In this document: positions 1-13,835 of the stretch, piece by piece | Position numbering within the stretch: the stretch's first letter is position 1 | Layout: every line of letters begins with the position of its first letter | Source of the DNA: Podospora anserina | Lineage: Eukaryota | Assembly (NCBI GenBank): GCA_017654855.1 | Contig: CM030334.1 | Coordinates: 930,001-994,000, forward strand | Reading direction: 5' to 3' | Length of the DNA stretch: 64,000 nucleotides | Translations under genes and position numbers: made by a program | The notes under the pieces: generated by a model | The model's database searches: none | Told to the model about the DNA's origin: nothing | Seen by the model: the letters and a program-made list of their open reading frames with translations, nothing else

Positions 1-70
1 ACGACACAGGCAGCATGTCGAAGAAAAAAAAGAAAATGAGTGCGCTGCGACACCAGAGGTGTGGGCTTAC

Positions 71-157
71 TTGAATGATGGGTCCGCCGACGGGAGTCAT
101 CGGATCCGAAATGGCGAAATCGCCAGCGGGATCGGGGGATGGAGTTTTCTGGGCCAT
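71..157 (-). CDS. Probable first coding exon (MAQKTPSPDPAGDFAISDPMTPVGGPIIQ) of a gene running off the left edge
   Basis: ATG at 157, 29 open codons ending exactly at a GTAAGC donor (70). Upstream pyrimidine-rich leader with further donor/branch-like signals. Product not identifiable. Confidence 0.35.
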
Positions 158-3026
158 CGCCCTCTTCTTGTTTTGGCGGCAGCAGGGAGCGGAATCAACG
201 GTTCGTAGTGCGGCAAATCGTCGACAAGCGGAGAATATACCCCGCCATGGGGTTCTGTTTGAAATCCTCTGTGCAAAAAGGCGGAGAATGTCAGTTCAAG
301 CCTGGAATGAGTCGTTGCGATAGGCAAGTAGCGGTGTAACATACCTTTGGTCGACTTGCCAGGGTGGGATTTGTCCCATGAGTGCTTGTGAATCGGACCT
401 GTTCCCATTGTATTGGATTGAATTAGTGCAAAGGCGATCAGCAAGAGAAGAACAGAAAAAGTCGTAATAAATATCAACTGAGGCGGATACTGGCATACCA
501 GGGGAGTTGAAACCACTTGAGGCTGTGGTGGTGCTGGGTGGGAGTGGGAGGAAGAGAGATTGCTAGGTGGAAGAGGTTGGAGAGAGAAGAGAAAAGAGAG
601 AAGGGCAGCAGCGGAAGCGACTTGATTTGTACCTGAAATTTTGTGGGGCCGGCAGAATTCTTCAGTGAGTGGTAATATAGAAATCAGTCGCGACTCGAGT
701 CAGAACAAAACAAGAAAGGGGAAAGCGAAGGCCATGAATAATGGATGGAAATAACACTTATATGTGCGTGTTTAAGTGGTACCTGAAAATACTACACCAT
801 GGAGAGTGAGTTGACTTGGTCGTCGCGGTGCCATCCTCTTCTGCGCATGGCACTCATCAAAAATTCAGGGATATGTTAGATGGATGGATCCGCTGAATTG
901 AAACAACATTAAGTCAAACAAAGTCGAATCTTGTCATCGATATCGGGTCTAAAATGATGCTGTGGTGTCAGTAGCATATGGCAGCAGTCAATAACCTACA
1001 AGTACCATTCAGGATGTTGATTTAGTTGGGTGGCGAGTGTGATGATTTAAGGAATTTACTTGCTTATGGTATTCGTCCACGGGTAAGAGTCTCAAGTGAC
1101 AATGGCTCTGTACCAGGTTGACTAAGGTTTGTTTTTGGTATATAGGTATATAAGTCCCTGTTCCGCAATATGGTTATAATAACTCTGATTGGGTCCCGGC
1201 AATGCTCTGTTGGCGTCATAACACAGTCGCTGGTAACTTTGGATACCTTAATGGGACAACTTTCTACACTAGGGGCTACCCCCTGGGCTATTGTATAGCT
1301 TTTGTTATACCTTGGTGTGTTTATTTTCACACGGCCATGATGTCCAGGGTGGCTAATGAGATGGGACGGTGGGATGGGCCAAGATAACCTCATTTTTCTG
1401 TGGGATAGGTCAAAATCAACGCCCGTTTCATCGTACGTCTTACAGTATATCTTCCGAAGCCTTTGAAACCCCGAGGGCTATTCTAGCCCCCCGTCACAAG
1501 CGTTAACTTTGTTGTTGAGACAGTGGGCAAGGCCACTGTTCGCTTCTCTTGCGTTGGGCTTCGGCCCCCTGTTTCTTTCTTTTTTTTCAGTAAGATGGGC
1601 CAATTTGTGAGGGTTGTGGGATGAGCCGAAGCTCCGGAGCCGTGGGATGGGATAAATCGAGGGTCATCTCATCTCAACTCATCTTATTAGCCACCCTAGT
1701 TCTAGCTGTCACGGATGAAGTAGGTACTCGAAAGCTCTCCCTGTTTTGAATCGACTTGATGTCCAGACCAAGCAACACGACGAAGAAAAGAAAGAAAACC
1801 AAGTGCCGGTACACAAGATTTGCGGGCTTACACTGATGCTGGGATCCACCGGCAGCGACGACAGCATCGAATTTGGTGGCGGCAGCGGCGGCACGCTGAG
1901 GCGCGAGGGAGGCTGGGGAAGAGGGACAGCCGGCCGTTATCCCCAATGGCTCTCGGCCTGAGGTGATTGACTTGACCATGGATGACGAGGAAGACATGGT
2001 CAAAGTTAAAGAGCCCGAGCCTGAAGATGGCGAGCATGTCGTTGTCTCCAACCCGGGTGATAGATTGTTTCTACCCAGAGAGATATAGGCCCCTGCCATG
2101 AGGTTGGCGCCGGTCTGGGCATTTTTTCTGCGCAAAGAGTTGACAAGTCAGTCCAAGGGCTGAATAGATAGCGATGGGAAACAAGTTTAGAGGTCTCTCA
2201 AAGAAGCGGCGCTGTGTTTGTATTCTTCATCCAAGCTGAACATCATGGTCGCGCGCGTAAACGGAGTGTTTGATGAATAACACGGTATCTGAGCGCGAAA
2301 CTCTGTTTGGATATGATCTGAGCTTGACCCATATGTCCGTCAACAAGCGCTGCTGTATTTGTCCTTCTCATTTAAGCTTCAATTGATGGGATGGTGACAA
2401 AGAATGATGGCTTAAATAAAGCGTCGACTGTACATATATCTAAAATTGTTGCAATTATCGTATGTCGAGCTTCGATGGGTACCGAGCTTGAATGAAGTAT
2501 GATCTGAACAATAACACATGAAACTGCTGGTGACACCCCCGTGGCACAGTCAACCGTCATGTCGTAAGGTAATATGTCCATAACACACTCTTTCATAGCT
2601 GCAATACGTCTGGCATATTCAGCAATGCTGCCGTTCGGATCAATGTTGAAGTCGGATGTCGTTAAAATGGCGGCTGTTCTTCGGCACATTCCCCACGTCA
2701 ACTGTTTGGCCCCCACGTGGCGACAGCTGACGAAGAGCTGGCGGCGGGCCTGGGGTGGCGTCCCAGGAAAAAGGGACGCTAAGCCTAATTGGAGGCAAAA
2801 GCACACCTAATTCCATTGCATCCTACGGCCTTCGGCGCTGCGCTGTTCACGTCTCCGTCTTGCCGCCAAATTTCCCACGGCTCCGTCATCTCTTGAGCCA
2901 CCGCAACGCGACGACCACCGAATAGAAAACGACCCGCCACGGCGACCATCATCAATGTGGACACCATAGACGGATAATCTCTTCTCACTCTCTCTTTTCC
3001 CTTCTTCTCTGCAACATCGGCCAGCC

Positions 3027-6000
3027 ATGGCGCCGCTCGTCGATAACTCGCAGATTCAGTCCGCTGAACTGCTGCGCCCGCTGCCTCTGGCCCAGCATGC
3101 CTACATTTGGCCGTTTGCCATAATATGGCCCATCTTTCTACGATACTACCTCAGCGAGGAACTCTACAACAAACACATTGGGGCGCCGGAATGGACATTT
3201 GTCTGGGTTGGCTCTATCATCACTGTCCAGGCGCTGACCTGGCTCTGCACACACTGGAGCGTTAACCTTGATGCCACGTTCACCGCCCGGAAGGTCCGCA
3301 CCATCGAGGATGCGAAACTGATCAAGGTTGTCCCAATTGCGAATGCCGGCTCTGCTGAGATTTGCAAGCTTGTTCGCGACAAGGTGAGCTCTCGCAAACC
3401 CCCGACATTCTGGCTTCTCGGAAAGCAAAGAACAAGTACAGGGTCTAATCTTGAAAAATATCCAGGTCGGAGGCAAGCCCAACCTCTCGTTCCTTTTCCA
3501 AAAGCGCCGTTTTCTCTACGATCCTGAGACCAAGAAGTTCGGTACCCTTGCCTACGACATCGATGCTAGCCCTGCCCCAAAGCTTGAGAAGTTCCAGAAA
3601 TCCAGGGGTATCACCAGCGCCTCCGAGTTGGAGCGCCTCGAGCAGCACTATGGCACCAACACTTTCGACATCCCAGTCCCAACTTTCACCGAGCTCTTCA
3701 AGGAACACGCGGTCGCCCCGTTCTTTGTGTTCCAGCTGTTTTGCGTGGGTCTCTGGCTGTTGGATGAATACTGGTACTACTCGCTCTTCACCCTGTTCAT
3801 GCTCGTCATGTTCGAAAGCACCGTGGTCTGGCAGCGTCAGCGCACCCTTGTTGAATTCCGAGGAATGAGCATCAAGCCTTACAACATCTACGTCTATCGC
3901 CTCGGCAAGTGGACTGAAATCCAGAGCGACAAGCTTCTGCCTGGCGATTTGGTCTCAGTCTCGCGCACCAAGGAGGACAGCGGTGTTGCCTGCGATATGA
4001 TCTTGGTCGAGGGTACTGCGATTGTGAATGAGGCCATGCTCTCCGGTGAGAGTACTCCTCTTCTCAAGGATTCAATTCAACTTCGTCCCGGCGAGGCTGA
4101 AATCGATATCGAGGGTCTCGACAAGAACTCTTTCCTCTGGGGAGGCACCAAGGTCTTGCAGATTACCCATGGCAACACTGAAGAGGAGAGGCCTAAGCTT
4201 GCTTCAGGCGTTCCCGCGCCTCCTGACAACGGAGCCATGGCTATTGTCACCAAGACTGGTTTCGAGACTTCCCAGGGAAGCTTGGTTCGTACCATGATTT
4301 ACTCTACTGAACGCGTCTCGGCCAACAACGCCGAGGCTCTGTTCTTCATCTTGTTCTTGCTTATCTTTGCTCTTGCAGCCTCTTGGTATGTCTGGGACGA
4401 GGGTGTCAAGAAGGACCGCAAGAGATCTAAGCTTCTGTTGGACTGCATTCTCATCACCACAAGCGTCGTGCCCCCTGAGCTTCCCATGGAACTCAGCTTG
4501 GCCGTCAACACCAGTTTGGCTGCTCTTGCCAAGTTCGCTATCTTCTGCACTGAACCCTTCAGAATTCCCTTCGCTGGCCGCATCGATGTGGCATGCTTCG
4601 ACAAGACTGGCACTCTCACAGGAGAAGACCTCGTGGTTGAGGGTATCGCTGGTCTTGGCCTGGGCCACTCTGGCACTGACACCCCTAGGGAGACCGATGG
4701 CGCCCATAGCCATATGACCAAGGTCCACGATGCTGGCCTCGAGACCACCCTCGTCCTTGCCACTGCGCATGCTCTTGTCAAGCTTGACGAAGGGGAGGTT
4801 GTTGGAGACCCGATGGAAAAGGCTACACTCAACGCTCTTGGTTGGTCCTTGGGCAAGAATGATACCTTGACTAGCAAACCTACCACTGTTGCGACTACCG
4901 GCATTGCTGGCACCGTTCAGATCAAGCGCCGTTTCCAGTTTTCTTCTGCTTTGAAGCGCCAGAGCGCTGTCGCCACCATCCATGCCACTGAGAACAAGGC
5001 CGACCAGAGACTAAAGGGTACTTTTGTCGCCGTCAAGGGCGCCCCCGAGACGATCATGAAGATGCTGGTCACTGTGCCCAAGGACTACGAGGAAACGTAC
5101 AAGTACTTCACTCGCCGTGGTTCCCGTGTCTTGGCGTTGGCTTACAAGCACTTATCTGTGGATAACGAGCTTGGTATGAGCAGGATCAACGACTTGAAGC
5201 GTGAGAAGGTGGAATCGGAACTTACTTTTGCTGGTTTCTTGGTTCTTCAGTGCCCTCTCAAGGATGATGCCAAGGAGGCGGTTCGCATGCTCAACGAGAG
5301 CAGCCACCGTGTCGTCATGATTACCGGAGATAACCCGCTTACTGCTGTTCACGTCGCCAAGGAGGTGGAAATCGTCGACCGGGATGTTCTCATCTTGGAT
5401 TCCCCTGAGCACAGCGTGCATGGTGAGGAGAAGCTCGTCTGGCGCAGCGTCGACGACAAGGTTCAAATTGAGGTTGACCCCACCAAGCCTATCGACCCTC
5501 AGATTATCAAGACGAAGGATCTCTGTGTTACCGGTTATGCTCTGAACAAGTTCAAAGATCAAGTTGGCTGGAAGACTCTGTTGCGCCACACGTGGGTGTA
5601 CGCCCGTGTTTCGCCCAAGCAAAAGGAGGATATTCTCTTGGGTCTCAAGGATATGGGCTACTACACTCTGATGGCTGGCGATGGTACCAACGATGTCGGT
5701 GCGCTCAAGCAAGCCCACATCGGTGTTGCTCTTCTCAACGGCACTCAACAGGATCTGACACGCATTGCCGAACACGCACGCGACCAACGGATGAAGGGCA
5801 TGTACCAGAAGCAGGTCGACCTGATGAAGAGATGGAACCAGCCTGCGCCCCCCGTTCCTGCCATGATCGCCCACTTGTACCCCCCTGGACCCAGCAACCC
5901 CCACTACGAGAAGGCCATGGAGCGCGAGGCTGCCAAGAGAGGTGTCACAGTCGCCCAGCTCGCCAAGGCCAACGGCACCGACATCGAGACTGTGACTTCT

Positions 6001-7118
6001 CCTGCCGCTCAGCAGCTCATCAACCAAGACCCGCGGAGAGCTAAGCAATCTGATGCTGTGGCCAAGGCCACCAACTTTGCCGACAAGCTTCAACAATCCA
6101 TGATGGACGCTGAGCTTGACGATGAGCCCCCTTCGCTGAAGCTGGGCGATGCCTCCGTCGCCGCCCCCTTCACTTCCAAGCTCCGTAACGTCATTGCCAT
6201 TCCCAACATTATCCGCCAAGGTCGTTGCACCCTTGTTGCCACCATTCAAATGTACAAGATTCTCGCTCTCAACTGCCTGATTAGTGCGTACAGTTTGAGT
6301 GTTTTGTACCTCGAGGGTATCAAGTTTGGCGACGGTCAGATCACCATCAGTGGTATGCTCATGAGCGTCTGCTTCTTGTCTATCTCCCGCGCCAAATCCG
6401 TTGAGGGTCTGTCCAAGGAGAGACCCCAGCCGAATATCTTTAATTTCTACATCATCGGGTCCATTCTTGGCCAGTTTGCTGTTCATGTCGCGACACTTAT
6501 CTACATTGCCCGGTTTTGCGATAGGCTTGAGCCGTAAGTTTCATCTTCCCCGCCTGCTGTCTACTCGCATGCTGACTTGAGCGTATTAGTCGCTCCGAAA
6601 TGGTCGATCTCGAGGCCGAGTTCTCCCCCTCCCTTCTCAACTCGGCCGTCTACCTCCTTCAGCTCATCCAGCAGATCTCCACTTTTGCCGTCAACTACCA
6701 GGGCCGTCCCTTCCGCGAATCGCTCTCGGAGAACCGGGGCATGTTCTGGGGCATTCTTGGCGTCACCGCCATTGCATTTTCCTGCTCCACCGAGTTTCTC
6801 CCTGAGCTTAACCAACAGATGAAGCTCGTGCCCTTCACCGAGGAGTTCAAGACTACCATGACAGCGGTGATGGTGCTGGATTATGTTGCTTGCTATGCTA
6901 TCGAAATCGTTCTCAAGTTCTTGTTCTCGGACCTCAAGGCGAGGGACATTGCCGAGAGGAGACCGGAGCAGCTTGAGAGGGAGAGGGCGAGGAAGGAGGA
7001 GGAACGCAAGAAGAAGGAAGAAGAGGAGGATAGAAAGAGGGAGGAGCAGGTGAAGGAGTTTGAGAGGAAGCTGGAGGAGAATAAGAGGAGGCTGGCGGAG
7101 GCATGGGGGAGGAATTAA
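3027..7118 (+). CDS. SPF1: P5A-type P-type ATPase (ER transmembrane-helix dislocase); exons 3027-3383, 3466-6533, 6590-7118
   Basis: DKTGTLT phosphorylation motif, SGES actuator motif, PPELPMEL (P5A-specific M4), KGAPE, MITGDN, GDGTNDVGALK. GT-AG introns restore one frame. Confidence 0.97.
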
Positions 7119-8297
7119 AGGTTGTTTTATTATTTGGAATACATAAGGGGTTAGAAGTGTTCTAGAGCGGAGGGCACGTATTGATACCTTTGATGAATGA
7201 TTGTGTCAGGGGTTGGGTGGGAACGGAAAAGATGGGTTTTGGGATTGGGTGGGTTGGGAGCGAGGGCTTTTACACAAATGTATTATTTTTAGAGTTTTGA
7301 ATGTACAATAAAAGAATGTGATGTCATGACTATGGGTTTCGTGTTGAGATTGGCTTTGTGGCTTGGTGGTGTGGGATGGGCTATGGTGGTTATGGTTTCC
7401 AGTGTATCTACTATAAACGATCCACCTCTTCCTTGCTGCGCCCACTCATTGGCCACGAGCAGTATGTACAAAGTATAACCGCCGTTTTCCTTCTTGACAG
7501 CAGGCTAGACATTGGCCCTGTTTAATGTAACTTGTTCACCATCACCTGTGTCTACTTTTGAAACCGGATTCAGATGACTCCAACGCCACGCCAGCGGTCA
7601 TTGGTTGGTTAAGAGATTGTATACCTCAGAACAAACACATGGCCTGCCTCCAAGTACCTAAGAGATAGATAGGGAAAGTAGTGCTGGAGCTTGGTAGTAA
7701 AAGGAGCCAACAACCTGATAACATTCTCCCTATAGCAAACATTTAGTTTGTCCGAAACAGCACGGGGTCCTCTCCTCTTCTGTTCATGCATGCTAACTAA
7801 CACAGTCCGGTCGAATCCAATGTCCTGGTCAACACAAAGGTGGTAAGAGTGGAATCAATCATAACATTTTTGTGATAAAAAGAAAAGAGAATAGTTAATA
7901 CAGTGGTGAAGGCTGTCTAAAGGCTACCTCGACACAAGCCAAGCAAAGCCACAACAAAAGAGACATCCTGCTCTATGCTGGAAAAGAACATGTTCTATTC
8001 GCAGAGGCTCCTTCAAGCAAAACGCAAACACAAGACGCCATCCCGTTTTGTCGCCTGCTAAAAAACACTTGTCTCCCAGCTGGACTGGTACCAGCAACCC
8101 GAGACATCCATCAACCATACTTTTGTTGCCCGCAATGCACCACACGCCCTCTCCTAGGTCTTTTTGTTTAGCCGCATTCATCACCGCCATCACAGTTTGC
8201 CGAGGTTCATCCGCACGAGGTCTTTTGGGCCGCTTGCCAAAAAGAAAAAGGCTAGGCCATGATTATTTTATTTGCTTGTAGGATAAAACGGCTGCAT

Positions 8298-9494
8298 TTA
8301 TTTGCCGGGGTTGGAGGCCACGAAGGCAACACCCTTCTCGATGTTCTTCTTGAGGTCAGCGAAGCAGGCCTGGAGGAGACCCTCCTCGATGGCGTCAACC
8401 TTGCCGACGGGGAGGATCTTCTCAACACCGTTGGGGCCGAGCTCAACCTTGGAGCTGAAGAAGTCGATGCCCTGGTCCTTGTAGAGGGGGCTGTCGACGA
8501 AGGTGGGCTCAATGACGCCCTTCTCGCCCTGAGCAGCGCGGAGGACGGAGTCGGCCATGCGGGCACCGGCCATGGCCATGGAGAGGGTGGCGGAACCGGC
8601 ACCATCCTTGGCCTTGACAACCTCATCACCACCGAACTGGACACGCTTGACGAGCTCGGCGTCGGAGGAGAGGTCGGGGTGGTTGGACTGGGAGAAGAGG
8701 GGGACGATGGTCACACCGGAGTGGCCACCGACAACGGTGATGTTCTCATCCTTGGGGTCGGTGCCCTTCTTCTCGGAAACGAAGCGGGAGGCACGGACGA
8801 CGTCAAGGGTTGTGACACCGAAGAGGCGCTTGGGGTTGTACACACCCTTGGACTTGAAGACCTCGGCGCAGATGGGGACGGTGGAGTTGACGGGGTTGGA
8901 GATGATGAGGATGTTGGCCTCGGGGCAGGACTCGGCGCAGGCCTTGGCGAGGTCGCGGACGATGGAGGCGTTGGTGTTGAAGAGATCATCACGGGTCATG
9001 CCGGGCTTGCGGGGAACACCGGCGGGGATGAGGACGACCTCGGAGCCCTTGAGGGCGCTGGCGAGGCCGCTGGGGGTGGCCTCGTAGCCCTTGACGGTGG
9101 ACTTGGTGTTGACGTGGGAGACATCAGCAGCAACGCCTGTTTGAGGGTGGCAAGAACTGTCAGCTATTGATGGGACGAACGCGAGGCTGAGGCTCTCGGA
9201 GCTAATTAGCTCCAAGGTTCGGACGACGTACCAGGGGCGCCACGGATATCGTAGAGGGCGAGCTCAGTGACTCTGGGGTTCTGCTTCAGGAGAAGAGAGA
9301 GGGGCTGGCCAATGCCACCGGCGGCACCGAGGACGGTAACCTTGGAGAGCTGTTCAAGTCAAAACCAGTCAGCGCATGCCATTCATCACCCCGCACTAGT
9401 GCTTGGTGGTGGTATGTGCAGTGGTGTTGGCGATGGTGCATACCTGGCGGGCCGACACCGAGAAGGCGCGGGTCTGGATTCTGGAGGCAAACAT
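8298..9494 (-). CDS. MDH1: Mitochondrial NAD-dependent malate dehydrogenase; exons 9494-9444, 9349-9232, 9136-8298
   Basis: Presequence [25 protein letters not shown] Rossmann motif, [43 protein letters not shown]; strong codon bias; canonical introns. Confidence 0.97.
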
Positions 9495-12400
9495 TTTGAC
9501 GGTGATGATGATGGTCTTCGTGCGGCGGCAACGAGGATCTGGAAGGGGAGGTAGTGGTTCAAAGAAAAACAAATGCACCGGTCGAGAGGGAGGGAGCGGG
9601 TCGTTGAGGTAAAAAAAAGTTGGACCGATCCATCTTTAGCCTAGCGCTGTTGGGGAGGGCCAGGGGTGACAGTGGCGGGCCATTCTCGGAAGGATCGGAC
9701 CTCGGAAAATCCCGCTGGACGGCCAATGAAATCGATCCACTTTTCAACCTCCGCCTGTCCTTGCCCCGGGGGATCAACGAGTGACGTCTTCGGCCGAGAG
9801 GGAAACTGGATTTGTTTTCTTCGATTTTTGGATGCATGATTGTGTCGCTGGGTTCTTCCTGTTCCACGGCTCAAGTTCGAAGCCCGAGATGCCCATCAAA
9901 TGCGGCATCAGGACCCCACCACCACCTTGCAACTCCCGCCAAAACGGAATGTGGGGCATCCAATTTTTCCGCCATGTTCCAAGAGCGACACCGGACGGGC
10001 CGGGTAGCCAATGGCTTTTCGGCTTCGTGAATGAGCTCTCGGCTTCCACACATCAGGACAACGGACTGTCGGACCTCCTCGAGATCGGAGCTTGATGGAC
10101 GCGGCTGTAAGAGCGTGCCGAGTTCGATGTTAGCATATGATGCCGAGGTGCTCCACCTCCGCATTCCCGGCATTGGTCTGGTCCTTGGCGATTCGTTGGT
10201 AACTGTGCTTTTCCTTTCTCACCGTAGTCAATGATGACCAGCATCCTAGACCTCCCGTTGGTCAGAGAAGCTGTCATAAACTGGACTGGCCCGGTCTGGC
10301 GTAGACATTCACCACGTCTTGGTGATAGCCAGCCGAATCTACGTCGTTGATTTATTGAGAGCATGTAGCTGAGCTTAACCCTTGCAGCTTTGTTGACCAG
10401 CATATAATCCGCTCCCACGGCCAGTAACCTCACCCATATCACCAAATCGGGATTTAACCCTACAAGACCCAATGTTCCTTCAATTGAATGTGTCTAACAT
10501 GTCTTCGAGTCCTTCATTATGAGGGCACAGAAGAGGACGATGGCCGCGAAGACCAAGCCAGCAACGCTATATCTCAATTGGAGATGTTCATCCTAGCTTA
10601 GGATGTTTACTGTCGCTCACTGACGCTGCCGGATATGTGCTTGGATGGAAGACGCTCGCTTGGGAATGGAGCTCGACGAGGTTTCTCGCGCTTGCTTGCC
10701 AGATGGAAGATGCCCTCGTTTGCTAACGAGACAATGATGAGATTCTCTGGCGTCTGGTTACCCGTCTTGGGGGGTGGGAATGTCTTCTTGATGTCATCCA
10801 AACATCTTCAAGACAAAACATCTACATTGGCATCCACTTCTGAAGCTGTTTATATTCACCTTTGTGAATACATGATGGCTATTTTGCCTCTGAAATGAGG
10901 TAGCAGCTAAATCTATAGCAAGGTTGGTATAAATAAACATCTCTACACATCTCACTCTAGGTGCCCCAAATAAGCTGTGAAAAGTTATTTACCTGGTACT
11001 TTCTCAAAAACAGCTCATCAACCTTTTGCGTGTTAAATGAGTCTGAAGGGGCTCCTTGGATAGCTTTAATGTTCCCATGGTGCACGGGGGCACGGCTTGG
11101 AGAGCCTTCTTATACCTCACCTTTGTCACCGCCACTTTGGCTATCTACCAAGTCAAGTATCACGATATTTAACAGCCTCCAGTCCACGTTTTAAACTAGG
11201 TAGTGGATCAAAGTCCCTTGACTAGTCTTGATAAGTCTTGAAAAGACTTTTGGAAGTACGTTTGGCCTACTTCCGAATCGAATTTCAGAACAACCCGAAA
11301 GGTTCAAAAGGTCTATGGTTGAACGACAATATCGCAATGTCATGTAAATGAGAGGAAAGGTGATGTCTTGTTGCACGTACCCAACGAGTCGCGCTATCTT
11401 GACATGCAAATGGTGATATCCATCTTGGGTTGCATTGACATGGAAACTCATGATATGTCAGGTTACAAGCAGCTACATCGGCATACTGTCAATTACAATA
11501 TCTTCAGGAATCTCAGCCATCAACCATAGGTCAGAACACATGCGCCCTGGCAGGGGATGATGAGTCTGACGGCCCACCACTCAACCCCAAGCCCCTTGCC
11601 CACACTCCTGTGCCCTGTTAAGCGATGCAATATTTCAGCAACCCACAAACGTAGCTTTCAGCCCCCCACCAAGGCGGAACAGAGGGGCCGGCCAGGCAGG
11701 AGGAGCGGGCGCAGCGGTGTTGTCTCCCCAAGTCAAACGAAACCCCTACACTTCCGCACCACTCGAATCACCGAGTCGGCAAAAGCAGGAGTCGGGCCTG
11801 TGCCACTGCCGAAGCAGACCCCCCAGCTTTCGCTAGGTTCAATCGGCTGGGAACTGTAGAGGGGTGGGGGGCACGCCAGCACCCACAGTGGTGGTTGCCG
11901 AGATCTCAAAGGTGATCTCCGACTGCCATCGAGAGATGACAGTCGCTGCGGGCGAAGGTTCCAAAGCTTTCCCCGTTTTCCGTTGACCGGGTACGGCCCC
12001 ACGAATGACGGGACGAACCGAGAATCTAAAAAAGAAGACCGGATGCTGGGGACACAAAAGGGGGTTGAGTGGGCTTACCTTGAATGTCTGATGTCTTGGG
12101 GACCTCGGGGGCGGCGGTGGGGGGATCTGGAGAGAGTTGCCAAGACACTCAAACGTCAGAATCGATTCCATGTGCATGGCCCGAGTGGAGGGGAAAAGAA
12201 AAGGCTTGTGCAACAAAATGAAGTTCTGCAAAACATACCAGCTGGGATAGACTTAAGGCCGCAAGGGCGCGCTGCTGAGGTCGCAGGAGGGGGCGGTGGA
12301 CGAGGGTCGTTATCGTGACTGAACGACCAAGTGTTGGTATGCTTGGACAAAAAGGTAAGAAGAAAAGAGAGCGGGAGTTTGCGAGGAGAGGTTGAATTTA

Positions 12401-13835
12401 TACCTACAATTATGGGACTGGGAATTTGCAAGCAGCCGGACTTTGCAAGCGGGCACAGATCGCAGAGATACACCTATTCTGGGGCATTCTGTTTGGCTCT
12501 TTTCACCTCAAGAGTTGCTCCGACCAATAGGCTGACGCGTAATCCGGGTGTTGACTTTTGAAAAGGTTGCTCATGAGTTGCTCGTCTTCACCCTCTTGAT
12601 CCTCCGGCATATCCTGCCAGGCTCCACAACACATCATCCCTCGCTGATTACTTCAGAGGGGTGCCTGGAGAAGCGTCTGAGGAATTTGGGTCGGTTGGGC
12701 AGTGTTCGTGATAGTTCAGAATAGGCCTAGGTAGACAGAAGGTCTGCTCAGCGGAGATGTAGGAGAAAGGAGCAAAGGCTCAAATTACCTTATGTCGAGA
12801 GAATTCATCTCTAGCAAACAGCGTCTTCGTGGAGGGTTGGGCTGGCATCAGAAGCTGAACCCTGGCGGATCAACCTGGGTACACAGGGAGAGGACCAAAG
12901 GGCCACAGACTGGATGCCCTGTTGGGGGGTTGTCTCATTCAGTCAGCACCCCTTCCTCTTCCCACCCCATATTATCAGATTGGAAGCGCAGGACTTCCTT
13001 CGCGCCCCTCTTCTACCCACAGTCCTTCGTCTTCCCATGACCACACTATTCCCAACCGATACCATCGCTGCCCCTGTGCCTCCATCTTCCAGTCAACTCG
13101 GATGTATGTGTTTCTTTCCTACCACGCACCACAGCCACAGCGAAACCCTTTGTTTTCATTTCCCCCCCTCCTTCACTTCCCTTTTTCTCCTCTTTTCATT
13201 TGGCTTGAATGGCGGCTGATCGTTATTGTAGCACAACAGATTGCGTTCAAAACTGAAAAGTAGAATATCCTTCCTGACTTTGACGCGACAGCATTACCAG
13301 AACTCTGGTACGTATCCCCTCTTCTCCAGGAAAATGGTCTATTCTCTCCGATGAGTTTGAACTGACAGTTTCTTTTCTGACAGCCAACTCCACGCAATAC
13401 CATCGCCGATCCGATGTCCGATTCGGATCCTGATCCCGATCCCGGTGCTGATTTCTGTCTTGCTTCTTCCCATTGCTCGATCAAAATTAGACACACCGAC
13501 AGCCTATCTGGGATCTGTTAGCCGAAAGGGATTGCTGACTTTCATATGCCAAAGTCTTCAGTTGGGAATGGCATGGGCGAGAGACGAGGGAGGTAGTAGA
13601 GGTAAAAGAGGCCACCAAGACCCCATGGCCATATGGCCGAAGGATTGCGTGCCCGCTCTTCCTGACATGAACAAATGGCGCTCTGCTGCAGCCGAGGTGA
13701 TCTGATTGTGGCCAACTGGGAGAACGGCTTGTGTTTCATCTCGAGGTTCTAAGAAGCTACTGGTTGTAACCACCTTCTGTCGGTGGTGGCTGAGGCAAAG
13801 AGACTGAGCTCTAATCTGAGGCGAAGAGACTGAGC

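Noticed and set aside
5152-6486. 444-aa antisense ORF and other long ORFs overlapping SPF1
   Set aside because: Shadow frames produced by codon bias of the real gene; no recognisable motifs.
8259-9170. 303-aa + strand ORF opposite MDH
   Set aside because: Mirror of strongly biased MDH codons.
10880-11260. TpA-rich patch (similar ones at ~7610-7800 and ~19140-19900) suggesting RIP relics
   Set aside because: No termini, TSD or recognisable protein motif could be established by eye.
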